DNA from: Phoronis australis
Lineage: Eukaryota; Animalia; Phoronida
Direction of reading: 5' to 3'
NCBI GenBank assembly: GCA_002633005.1
Contig: NMRA01000109.1
Coordinates: 86,971-150,970, forward strand
Length of the DNA stretch: 64,000 nucleotides
The position numbers and the translations under genes are program-made. The notes beneath the pieces were generated by a model. That model made no database searches. It saw only the letters and a program-made list of their open reading frames with translations, and was not told where the DNA came from. Below, one piece after another: positions 52,347-64,000 of the stretch; within the stretch, counting starts at the first letter, position 1; each line of letters begins with the position of its first letter.

Positions 52347-55300
52347 GTAAGTATACAGGAAACTTTTGAAGCTGTCTAACAGCTGAATGTCGGAATAACT
52401 GAGCTGTATTGAAATTCACTATCCCGGCAGACGGCGATCAGGTCTTGGTGGACAGGCGGCTCCTCCAGATCCCATGTAATGTGGACTGAAGGTTTCAACC
52501 TACTGGTACAAACAGGAAATGTCCACGCGCTGTATTACGCTGTGTCAGTACTAATTTTTTCGAAATGTCAATGTGTGAACAGGGGAATCATCTTCCATAC
52601 ATTTCCCACTGTGCTGAGGAATCCACAACAAAGTCTGTGGGTGCATCTGGCTAGTGGGAGTATTTCTATCTCAGCCGGTTTCAAAAAGCTAAAGCAAATT
52701 TGTGGACTTAGTGTAATCAAACAATGGGATGGACTGACAATGGGTTTGCTCTCATGTTTTTTTAATTAATGAACCAAAGCCCAGTAATTGAACGCATTTC
52801 CACCAAATCTGAGTCGGGATCGAACAGAAATCACACACTCTTGCTCTCATTACTCTATAGAGCATTGATGTGAAAAGTCCGTAACTGTATTCTGCGTATA
52901 ATAAAAACAGAGGTTAATAGATAGGTCGACCAATCGCAAAACCTGCCACCATAATTGCGCCATGGACCGTAGCCACACCTAAGGGAGCCTCCTAGTGTTG
53001 TGCGTCAGCCTAGCTTGAAACTTCAGAATTCCATTGGGAAGGTCGCTACCTGTCTTTTTGATTAAGTTGATATGACTGATGTTGAATACCGCCTTGATAC
53101 TGACTCCGTCTTATGTTTTTCTTTGAAGCAACACACTTATTGGATCCACAGGGCCTTCCCGCTGTTCGTCGGACGTCGACTAGGCGGAAAAGTACGTGTT
53201 GTTGTTAAACCGTAATAACTGGAATGTGTACAGGGCAGTAAATGTTTGCTAACAGATAACTGTAAATTGAGTGAGAAAGGACAGAGATATTACAACTCAC
53301 ATGTTGGAATTTTAAGCAGATTTTTTAACTTACACAAGCCTTTCGGGGGGCCCATACATTAACCATGGGTACGCACTCAAAATCGATCTAAGAGGAGTGC
53401 ATAATATACATACATCAATATAAAGGGCACATGCGCGCTCCCAGCCAAAAACGGGGGCTTCGAATTTTTGAGAATGTGGACCTTTAAGTAAGATTCACGG
53501 GATACGTTCACAGCTATGAATTGCGCATTCACCGTATTTTGCTTGTGCCCGCCTTTTTAGTGGACTTTTGTCTCGTTTTCTACATTTTGGAGTTTTTGGG
53601 GCCTAAGTTTTTGTCCTCTTCACCAAACTGATGGCTCGAACGAGCCCCCAAGCCCATTTGGTTGCGCGCATGGGGGTGCCCTCCTTGATTCACTTTCGGT
53701 CATGTGGCTTATGTGAGAGATTGCTCGGTCTATTGTTATTTTTGCTGTTTTGAAGGCATTCAACTGCCTTCTCATGTTAATATGGGAGGTCCCACTCTTC
53801 GGGGCCCTTTTCGGGGGTGCCATAATGCATAGCACCGCCCCAACGAACATAAATTGACTACTGTCGTGTACGTTATGGCAATTCTTTCGACAGATGTACA
53901 TAAGAAATTTGCATCGTCCTTGTTAAACTATGTGGCCAATCGGAGGAGGTGTGTGCGTAAAACTACATACGACGTCTTCTTTTCATTTTAGAAAATAGTT
54001 CGAGAAACAGAATATTGACCCTTTATGCTAGTCTGAAATAATTATGTATGTCACTTTCCTTCTGTTATTTCGTGTTTCAAAATTCACACAAACTTAATGC
54101 CATTTGGATAAAGGCTGGTCATTTTTTAGGACACATAATTGACGTATTGTCGCTGTTAGTTACATTTTTCGGATAAATCATGGGAACTTGACCTGGAGTG
54201 ACCTTACAAGTACCAAAAAAATTGAGCATTCTGAGTAAATATAGGAATCAGTGTATTTAGATGTAATTTATAATAGTTAAGACATAATTGTGCATGCAAA
54301 TAAGAGTTATTGGGGTAAAATTATGCTAAACCAATATCAACAAAAACCCTATGAAATGCTAATATTCACAAACATTTCGCTATATTCAAACACTGTCGTA
54401 ACCACGGTAAGTGTTGCTGTCAGGATTCGATCGCCACGTCCCCAGGGTTTATGAAATGTAACTAAAGATATATGACAAAACTTTCGAAGTTAAGACCGAA
54501 ATTGGAGCTATGCAAAGATCGAATATCAACATCCAGGAAATGACAAACGTCCCATTTTAGTCTTCAGTCTTACCTGAGAGAGAAATTAGACCTACCTTCA
54601 CACAGGTGCACATAGAAACTACGCTGTCGCCACCAGTTGCTCATCCACAAAACTACCCGAGGCGATATCTGAAATACGAGAATCGTATTGGCCTCGAAAC
54701 GCTAAATGTGTATCTGTTTTTAACATTTTGGGTACAAGTAATAACTGTTTTATATGCGAAGACTCTGCTTTGTTTGCGGAATATTTCCCACGTGTACTTA
54801 AATCGTAGTGTATTGTCTTTACCATTTTACGCCGCTTTTCCAATTATCGAATCGAAAGTGCACGATATTCAATTTGATACTATCTAGGGGTATTAGGTTT
54901 TAAAAAAGTTGGACGATATTTGTTCGGGAACTTTTTAAACTGACGACATTCATTATTTAGAGAAATTTCCGATCCTAAGCCTACTTCGTAGCAGGCCGAC
55001 GTTTGGTTATAATTTTGTTCTTAAGAAATTTGCTGAAACGGGGTTGAAGACATTTTATTTTAAGTTTGCCCGGTCTTTGCCTAAGACATATAAACTTCTT
55101 GAAGCTGGACCTTGTTGTAGCTGCCAGTTTAATGGCGAATACCTCTAACATCTCTGGTAACTAATTGCCTCCCTCTAAACTATACGACCAAGACTTCCTT
55201 GAAAGGGTCCTTGCGTGCTTTTCATTTCCGCTTGGGAATAATGGATTGTTTTCACTTCAGCCGGTGGCACAAAGCAAAGTTCTTGCACCAAGTTAGCCGG

Positions 55301-57490
55301 TTAGCGCAAATTTCTAATGCATATTACAATGAGTAGTTATAATATATTCTATACCCAGGGTTTTTGCAATTTTTACTTTCTAAAATGATAAGAGGTGGTG
55401 TAACAGTAGACAAAGACAGAATGCCGCTAAACCCTGTTTAAGTACGGTAAGACGTTTGCCGATGATCAGGGTTCGTCACTACCGAGACCCTAATCTTTCT
55501 TTGATCCCTCATGTCTTGTTTTCCTTTGAAGAATCTTCAGGTTGTAACAGTGTATCCAAACAATAGCTAGCCCCTCGTTGGCTATATAGCTTGGTCCTGA
55601 ATCTATAGACACGGCATGGATCAAGAGATTTGAAAACGCCGATAAGAGTTGCATTTTAAAGACACCATGTTTTCCATTAACTATATCAACATTGCATTGT
55701 ATGACATAGCGATGGGGTGGGATATAGCTGCATACGAGGGTTATATACATAGGTTATATTTGATTTTTGTTACTTATTACAATGCAATATTCTAAAGTAA
55801 CGAATGAGTACATTTTAGGTTGGTAACACATTGTTATTGCAATTTATACATGAACATGTATGTTATTGGAATGCTGCCACACTAGACTTGTCTGTACATC
55901 ATAAATAAGCAGCACTACTTACCCACAAGTCATTAATTAAACAGCCTAACGAGGTCAATAGGTTTCTTAATGTATGTTTTACAGCTTCAAATACTGAAAC
56001 AATTGCTTGTGGCTGTGAATATTTAATATATTCATTAACCGACCGAGCATGAAAGCAGGTCTGTTGAATGTATTCGCCAGAACTCTCCCATTTATGATCG
56101 ATCGATCAACTTCGCAATGCATGGATGCTTGTAAGCGAAGCCATTTAATAGTCAAAAATTTAACTCAATAATATCCACCATACAATCGGGCAGGTATCTA
56201 TCAGGCCCGTGCTTCCATCACTAAGTTGTTACTAATTGAGCATATGTGTGTTCATTTTACAGCTTCTACAACGTGTAAGCATTTATTGAACTGAAATTCC
56301 TCTATCATAACGTATTGTCTGTTGTGTTTTGTTTTTGTTACTCGACGAAAAATTTTCGCCAAGTATGTTGCTCTGATACTAACTCATTTTTTGTTTGCAC
56401 GCTACAGGTCAAAATTTTCTTCCGATCCGCACGAAAATTATCAACAACCTGTAGTTCTAGAAGCGCTAGAAGGTTGTAGGTTTTCATCATCATCAGACTT
56501 AAGATTGCGGACGTGGTAGCCACTTTGTTTCCAAATTCACATTCAAATGCTCACAGAGGCCGTACTTTTCTTATATAAACGGCTGAAAATCGGTACGAAT
56601 ATTTTATATGGCGTGTGCTACATATGAGCTGGAAACCATTAACTTTGGGTCAAAGAATGCGGAAATATCAGCCATTCCGCAGAGAAACCTCGATATCGTG
56701 AAGAAAATATTTGTCCTGTAGAGGGCGCATTGTAGGACCAGTTGCTTCGAAATTTTCCATGTCTTAGTTTCTTGTGACTAGCTGTTGCCGAGTGCTTAAC
56801 CGGGAGTTTTTTTTTCTAAATGGCGGATCTGGCGCACTTTATGAATTGTTAATGGTGCTGGGAAGCCATTTTTAACATTTTGCATGTTGGTTCTCCACGG
56901 AATAACCTTTCAAATGGACTGTAACATTTTTTCTCAGACTTACTGTTTGTGAGATATTAGACGTTCAGTTTCAAAAGAAATTTGGTGGAGTTTTGTGAAA
57001 CTAATCTGTTAGTTAGAATTTCGAACGGGCTTTCAGAAGTTGTTTCCATCTTTCGCTACGACGGTTCGCTTTTTCAACAAGGCTATATGGCTGAATTTTG
57101 GTGCGCTTTTGTTGGTTTACCTCCTATTAAAGAAGGCAATATTTCTTACTCATGTTTGTCATCTTCATTTATTATATGATTGTTATCATCATATTCATCG
57201 TCGCCGCCATCATTATTATCAGCATTGCCATAATCTGCATTCACATAAATTTTTCGGTCCATTTCGCAAGTGTCGTTCCTTCGAGCACTTTTTTGTTTTG
57301 TTTTTTTGTTCGCACTTGCATTCGATTAACATGAAGTTACTCAGAACCTTTGGTTTAGTCGATCGCCCTCACAGAGCAGTTGGCTCAGTGGGTTTCCCAA
57401 AATTACCTTAGTACCTACTTCAGGCAGTACTCTATTCTCTGATACCAGGATAGAATTCACTGATATTTGGCAGGTGGCATTTGCGCCGCA

Positions 57491-57618
57491 CCATAGGGGG
57501 CTGGGGGCTATAACCCCCACTTTTCTCAGTTCTCCGGGGTTCATGGTCTTTGGGCAGTGCACCACAGGGGTGCTGAGGGCATAGTCCCTCACTTTTTTCA
57601 GTGCTGCGCCGCCTATGG
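57491..57618. repeat. Short GC-rich MITE-like element
   Basis: CCATAGG...CCTATGG inverted ends, with internal GGGCT..AGCCCC-like repeats. Confidence 0.45.
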
Positions 57619-58766
57619 GTGGGTGTGGTATGCAATTCAACTCTTTATTACGTAACTACATTCTCTGTGCTGCTGTTTCGGTTTCGGCAGAATGTCTCAG
57701 GATACAGAGTTTCGGAGTAGGATTATCGTTCAATTGAAAAAGATAAAGCTAATCTAACATAAAGAAATTTAAACCAACCACAATCTCGTGACGAACCGGC
57801 AATACAGTGAAAGCAACAGGCTCTGTGATGTCCCTTTGCAGCGGACCAGACCTCGACATCGCAAATCATATCGTTAAATCGATACTAAACCCTGTTTTGA
57901 CGATTTCACCCAATGCTTGTTTTGTTACCTACTAATGTATTTTGGTTTTAAACTTGAATGATAAAAGCACCATTCGACTAAAAACTTACATTCTCTGTGC
58001 CGCAGATGTTATGGTTGTTGGTGGCGGTTTTTCCTACCGTCGTCAGGTAACTCGCCAAAAGCTCAGGTCACGCTTGCTTGTTTAGCATACTTTGAAACGA
58101 GATTTTAGATTCTGCTTCAAACTGTTGAGAGTTTATTTATTTCAGAGAACTGGATGGGGAAGTCGTTTTAATATATGTTAATAGACCAAAACCGGGTTTG
58201 GGATCCTTTTAGGGTTATCCCAATATAGCCCAGGAGCACAACAGCAACTTTCAAATCTATGCTTGAAACTACTTGCAACCACATGACGAATTTTCTCGCC
58301 ACGGGTCAAGTAACACAGAGGCGAATTGAGAAAATCGCAAGAGTAGGCAACTTCATCTTCCTAAAGAATGTACTACGAAAATATTGGCGGCATTTATTTG
58401 GTCTGAGGGATGCCTTCCCGTGTAGATATGGTTGAGTAATACGATGTTAGCAATGTTACAAGTAGCATAATGAACTGCGTCATCAACCTGTCCCGTGTTG
58501 CCCGCTTTCTAAAATATGGTACTACTGTTTCCTCCATTTGCGATATTACGACATAACTCCATCGTAAAATTATTTATCTTCCACCAGAATTTGTTGGGAG
58601 TTAAATTAGCGTCAGAAATTCAGGAGCTGAATTCCTTATTTGTTAAAGGCGAAGGCAACCTTTTTCCATGTCATTTTGAGCTAAAATTAGGTTGGTTGGT
58701 TATCCTAGACATATTTTCCACTTAATTACAGCTTTTCGTAATTTTATAGATTACTCGTCCGCTACT

Positions 58767-58803
58767 CCGGAAGTGACGTTTTAGGAGGCAAACGTTTCCC
58801 GCC
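58767..58803 (+). promoter_or_regulatory. Candidate inward-facing promoter in TIR (ETS-CRE composite plus E2F-like site); mirrored at ~60185-60221
   Basis: CCGGAAGTGACGT at 58767-58779 and TTTCCCGCC at 58795-58803. The right TIR has GGCGCGAAA and ACGTCACTTCCGG. Function is inferred only. Confidence 0.5.
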
Positions 58804-58980
58804 ACTTGGTTTTGCGTTGACTTTACCGTGCGAATCTGTTCTATTCTACTTTTGTTTTGTGCTATTTTTCAACAATTGTCGCCACCACTTTCCATCGGCG
58901 AGTATTCTGCGGCAAGATAGGTTAGTAGAGAACTCAACTACGTTGGATTTAGGGATTGTTTAGTGTGTTGTAAGCTGAAA

Positions 58981-59280
58981 ATGGCTGGAGTCGGTGACCC
59001 GTATCACAGTGACAGTAGTGTGAGTGACGGAGACCTTGTTCACAGCAGTGGTGACGAGGAATTTTTTCACGGACATTCAGTGGGTGGGTACATGTTTGAG
59101 CCCGAGTATAACGAGGCAGAGTACGCACAGGCACAGGCAGCTGTTGAGAGAAACGAGGCGGCTACTGAGGACAGACGTGGTGACACATCTTGGTGCAAAT
59201 GCACTGTGTGCGTTGTTATGCCTACCTCAATGGAATGCTTGTGCTGTTCAGAGTTCGACGAGGCCAAGCCACTACTGGAC
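58981..59280 (+). pseudogene. 5' part of KolX / P2X7-ballast(nanor)-like Cys-rich protein, truncated by deletion
   Basis: MAGVGD..GYMFEPEY..RRGDTSWCKCTVCVVMPTSMECLCCSE. The C-terminal AYR..W..G.LG..R...P.C block is missing. Confidence 0.8.
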
Positions 59281-60076
59281 ATGGTTAAGTGGACCTCCGG
59301 CATACCACGGACAGAGGAACAACTGTCCCACTTGCCAGAGTGTCCCGCGACACACTCCCACTGGATGGTGACCTGAGCACCCAAACTGCTTACATCTTGT
59401 CGTGTGACTCCCTCGCCACACCCCTGGCACCTTCTAAATAGCTCCAACACTTTAGACAAGTCCACAATAAACTTATCAAAGTTTGGCTCACCGATCTGTT
59501 CACTGGACGACGAACTGTCCTCTTCACTGGGTGTCGAACTGAGCCTGTAATCACTGCCACTACTCAATATCGCTGCAGGGCTGCTTAGAGGCTCTGGGCT
59601 GGAGAAAACAGCACAGGGCGAATCACTACTGGTTCCAGGAATTGCACACTCTGGGGTACGTTCGGAGGCACGGGTGACAGTAGATGAAGTGCCTCCACTG
59701 GCTCCAGTCACCGTGTACTGGCCACAGCTTGCGAGGCTTCTCGCTTCAAATACACACTTCTCGGGGGTGGCGATGGGGCACTGCCGGGAATCAACACAGA
59801 CGGAATGGCAACCTTCTTCAGGCGTTGTTTCGCAGGGACCTTCATCAGTTCAGAGTACAAATCCCTTTCGTAATTGGACGGCAGAAAGTGCTTGCCACAC
59901 ACACGGTAATTCTCCACTGCTTTGAACTTTGCGTGGACGGGTAACATTGCGTTCTTCACACGAACGAGCCAAGTACGGCGAAGTGTGTCATCCATCAGAA
60001 AGTGATGCAAAGGTACTCCCAAAGCGCGCGTGAGCCGATAATTAGTACATCCTGGTACGCAGCAACAGTGTGGCAT
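59275..60076 (-). pseudogene. 5' part of Kolobok transposase (THAP plus CxxC..CxxGH zinc motif), frameshifted and truncated
   Basis: MPHCCCVPGC..LHHF..W..VCGKHF..AIPSV (THAP). Frame change near 59710, then KFIVDLSKVLELFRRCQGC..VTIQWECVAGHSGKWDS. No DDE core. Confidence 0.85.
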
Positions 60077-60957
60077 GTTGACTGACTAGTAAATGAAAGC
60101 AAACGACGACGGAACTTATCACAACCGAGGTAGAACAATGACTGACTCGGCAGCTCTCACAGTCAGACTATAGGAAAAGAAATTGGCGCGAAATGCTTGC
60201 CTCCTAAAACGTCACTTCCGGAGTAGCGGACGAGTAATTAATAGAATTACGAAAAGCTGTAATTAAGTGGAAAATATGTATAGGATAACCAACCAACCTT
60301 ATTTTAGCTCAAAATGACATGGAAAGGGTTGCCTTCGCCTTTAATAATATTGTTTGGTAGATCTAGACCACGAACAAAAGAGACCAATTCTTAACTATTT
60401 TCCGTTTACACTGTTCCTAAAAGAGAAAAGTTATGAAAAGTACATTAGAGACAAAATTACGATAGAATCCTAGGATTACAGATCTTGTGGTGTATAGAGA
60501 CTTCAGACCATAGAGATCGAGTTTCTTTGTAGAACTCTCAAATCTTTGAAATATAAAACTTTCGGATTATAAACATGGACCCTCAGTGAACAAGGCGATC
60601 CTAGAACCTCACCTAATCTCATCTAAGGAACCCAACACTGGCCGGAACACCTACAAGTGTACATATTTCGATATTTTTGAGGGGTTAAAGTGTAATTTGC
60701 AAGGTCCAAGTATGTTAAATTGCAACAATATCTTCAAGGTATTGCTATTTGGATGTATTTTATTCAAATCATCGTATTATTGTATCTTTATTTATTTAAT
60801 AAAAGCGAAAATAAGAAAATGCGCGAAAAGTTGACCTTTGACACCGTGACATGGTGTTGGGGAACACAAACCAGATCATATCCCACAATGCAGTTCACTG
60901 CTATTGTATCCCAGTACACGAAGAACAAAGACCGTTCAACCTTGGCGTGTTTTAGCC

Positions 60958-61202
60958 ATGGTGCATCGGTGTGTGTGTGCTAACTATTTTAACACCACCC
61001 AAGTGGAAGGCATGAGCCCATTTAAATTCTAAAAAGACAAGCATCTGGCTGCGTAATGGCAAGTTTTCGTGTGCTCTGCTCGTCTTTTGAAAATGAATGT
61101 CGAGTCAGCCATCTGTCGAAGCCGAAATATGCTCCGACCATTTTGAGGACGGCTGTTTGACGACAAACACATCATGAAGGTTAAAGCTGGTCTTATAAAA
61201 AG
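60958..61202 (+). pseudogene. Decayed THAP exon of a second, older Kolobok-like element
   Basis: MVHRCVCANY.NTT....S.FKF*KD....*W..FV, then EICSDHFEDGC. GTAAGT donor at 61203. Confidence 0.75.
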
Positions 61203-63233
61203 GTAAGTTACCTTGAGAATTTTGATGTCGAATAATTCATGACGCTTTCGAAGGGCCTGAACAATAACAATCTTTTTTCACAATCACCGTACTTCTCAAG
61301 TGTTTAAAATCTGTTGTTTTTCCGTGAAAGATTTAGTTATAAATGGATCAGTAAAACTAAAAGCCACAACAAATAAAGCTGATCTCAAAAGATGCATGTA
61401 TTTTGAAAAGAATGCAGACTATGAATAAAGTAAAACAGGATGGTAACTCAATTCCAAGGTTTTGATTATTAAAGTAGTCTGTTTCAAAAAAAAACAGAAT
61501 TAAAATCTAGTTTTGGCATTTGCTTGAAGGTTATAAAAGAAGGCGAAAACTTGCAATTAGATATCATCGTGTTTTACTTTAATCATGGACAACTCTGGAT
61601 TCAAAATGTTTTTTTTTACTTTTGAATTGCCGCTGTTGTGCTTTTCAGAGTATGTGAATGAAAGGAGAACACCTTCCACTTAGTGCGGAACAAAGGAGAA
61701 GCTGGAGATCTTGAAATTCGCTTAGAAATTGATGCCCCTCCAATGCCGACTGCTGGTGCTCCATATGTGTCCAAGGAGGATGCCGTGGCACAGATAAATT
61801 CAGACTTGGTGCTTTGTCAATGGACAGCACTGGAATTTAGCAGTCACTACCAATGTTTTAGATCAAATTTTTGATAGTGGTACAATATAGCAATGCTAGA
61901 GTGTTTATAGTACCAGTAGTGGAAATTGTGAAAAGCTTTTGTGTGTGGTATTTGACTGTCCCATTTGTATAGATAAACCCAGTGATATACTATGTTCTTA
62001 TATTGAAACTAGTGGCAGATTTAGAGGGGGGCCATGCTCCCCCCTAAAATTCTCCCAGATTCCAATTGACTGTTTGGGGGTGCGAATGTCTGACGGTCAA
62101 AATCCTGGCTAATACCGTGCCCTGGCCCCCCTAACTCAAAATCCTGGATCCTCACCTGGAAACATTTCAATGGTTGTTCAATACAATGACTATTAATATT
62201 GCGGCATAGCTTTTTTAAGTATATTTGATTTGCACTAAACTGTTGCTGTCCCATACAGTGGGTCGGTAAAGGAAGGCTTTCTTAAGTGGAAAGTTACTTG
62301 TTTGGGTCGTCAGTCTTTTCGTGCGACAATCTCATCTACATTGTACACAAAATAATCAATTGCACAGAATTCGAACATTTTCTTGGGAATTTTTGAGTGA
62401 GTGGTATAAGCATTCCCTCCAGATTTCCCAATTCCTACTCATGTGCATACTTTTTGTGTTTTCACACCATGTCATAGACATCTAAAGCTATGGCAGACTG
62501 GAGCTTTTGGGTTGAGATTCAGTGGTTGCTGTGTCGTGTTATTTGATTTCTCATTGAATTAGAGTAGAACTCGCTAACTTGTATCCAGTGAGACTGAGAT
62601 ATTTGGAGGCGTTATTGTGGAATTAATGCTAACCTTTCTAAAGTTCCCACTGAAGCACTACCAATTTAGAGAGTTCTACTGTATAAGAAGAGAGCAGAAG
62701 ATTCAGTCTCGATTTCAGACTATGGCCCAGATTCAAAACTTTTATTTTTTATGTAACAGCCATACTGTTCAATGAGTTCGCTTCAAGCACACAAACTGGA
62801 CTCCAATGAGACCAATTCCTCTGTTTACCTAGGTAATCTATAAGTTCAACTGATGTTGAGTTTAGAGGTTTATAATGTAGTCCTAGTTAAATTACACTTG
62901 TCATGACCATGTTATTATAAGTAACCAGATTGATGAGCATCAATAAATGCTGCTCGCTGTGTTAATTATTTACCATTCTGAAACCACAGAAGTCTATTCA
63001 TGGAATGCCTACTTCAATTTCATGCCGCTGGGGTTGCACTTCGATTGCATTCGTTTGTTACGATGTTTGATCTTTCTATGGAATTTGTCACTACAACTTT
63101 TTTGCAACTCGTTTGAATTACATAAAACTAGTCCCCAAGTAACAAGTTTTTATAACAGAATACATAGGTCATGTGGAGGAGTTGGCATTCCAGGGCTAAG
63201 ACAACTGTTGATATCTATAAATGGGTGAAACTT

Positions 63234-63641
63234 TTAATTAAGAAAATCCTTGGAACTCAAGTCTTCCTCATTTCCTGGCGGAGGGTAGAAAGCTGTGATG
63301 CAGGCTACTGCACATGTTGGAATGACAACACGGACTGTTCATCCTAAGTGACCGTGTACCCATCTTTGGAACTGTCTGTAGGCCACGTGTCAAATCCTTT
63401 TATCCAAGGGTCTGTCATAGCCATCAGGACATTGGCTTTTGTACTGCAACCATGCAGTCTCCAAAACACCACGATTGATGTATACGGGTTTAAACCTCCA
63501 TGCTCCACAATACATATTTTCTCTGTGTTAGTTGTCACGCTTCATTTCTTCATCAAGTTTTGTGCAACAACCTTGTCAACCTCTTGGTAACATACTCTTT
63601 CTTCAACAACTGAGGTTGTCTGACAGTTGCCCCAGGTGCAC
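63234..63641 (-). pseudogene. Decayed KolX / P2X7-ballast-like exon convergent on the 60958 THAP gene
   Basis: CAG acceptor, then CTWGNC..., VLETAWLQYK..I*HVAYRQFQRWVHGHLG*TVRVVIPTCAVACI..FYP. Confidence 0.85.
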
Positions 63642-64000
63642 CTGCAAGATGTGTCAACAATAATACATTATTTCAGTAAACATCAAAATTTCGAATTGAA
63701 AAATTTACCAAGAGTGCCTCTACCAAGTTGAGGGGTCTGCATACGACTTAAGTTTTCAGGAAAATTGGTTGGAACATCACAACCTATTTATTTTTTGTAC
63801 AAATTGATCATATATAGTAAAGATATTTACTTTTCATACAAATGAATAGTGCTACACTCAAAGCAGTGGTAGATCATGCCCGGGAGAAATAGTAAAGGAC
63901 ATTAGTTGTTTGATTTTTTAGCTGACCCTAAGACAAAAGGTCGTTGCCCTGATTCATTGATGGAGGGGACTGTTTTGTATGTAGTCGCAAGACCTGTTTT

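Larger units (their letters stand above)
58647..60340 (-). mobile_element. Kolobok-type DNA transposon, internally deleted (1.7 kb)
   Basis: TTAA TSD (58643-58646 and 60341-60344). AGGCGAAGGCAACC termini and ~155-bp TIRs. Convergent THAP-transposase and Cys-rich KolX-like ORFs. Confidence 0.9.

Noticed and set aside
55400-55750. Exon-like segment on the + strand downstream of the kringle exon
   Set aside because: Multiple stops in the best frame and no confident domain identity.
57040-57411. His-rich 123-aa ORF
   Set aside because: Arises from a degenerate (CAT/TAT)n low-complexity tract.

Overview
This is AT-rich, intron-containing animal DNA. The TE repertoire suggests a marine invertebrate (inference). 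No prokaryotic operons, rRNA, tRNA or CRISPR were seen. The window is mostly nested, decayed transposons: an Academ-type element with subrepeated TIRs (820-6151), solo/partial LTRs, a 2A-peptide CR1-group LINE, a Gypsy pol relic, a 5-unit head-to-tail Helitron2/Helentron-like array (27021-33250), three Sola3-type elements (one nested in another), a repeat carrying seven co-oriented CTCF-like motifs, and two adjacent Kolobok-type elements (THAP transposase plus P2X7-ballast-like KolX). Two intact phase 1-1 host exons lie on the + strand (TSP1 33547-33738, kringle 52044-52346), probably from one modular extracellular protein gene. I found no clearly novel system. The best leads are the Kolobok deletion derivative with promoter-like TIRs and overlapping antisense ORFs, the rolling-circle-like array and the CTCF-motif array. 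All family calls come from motif recognition by eye, not database searches.
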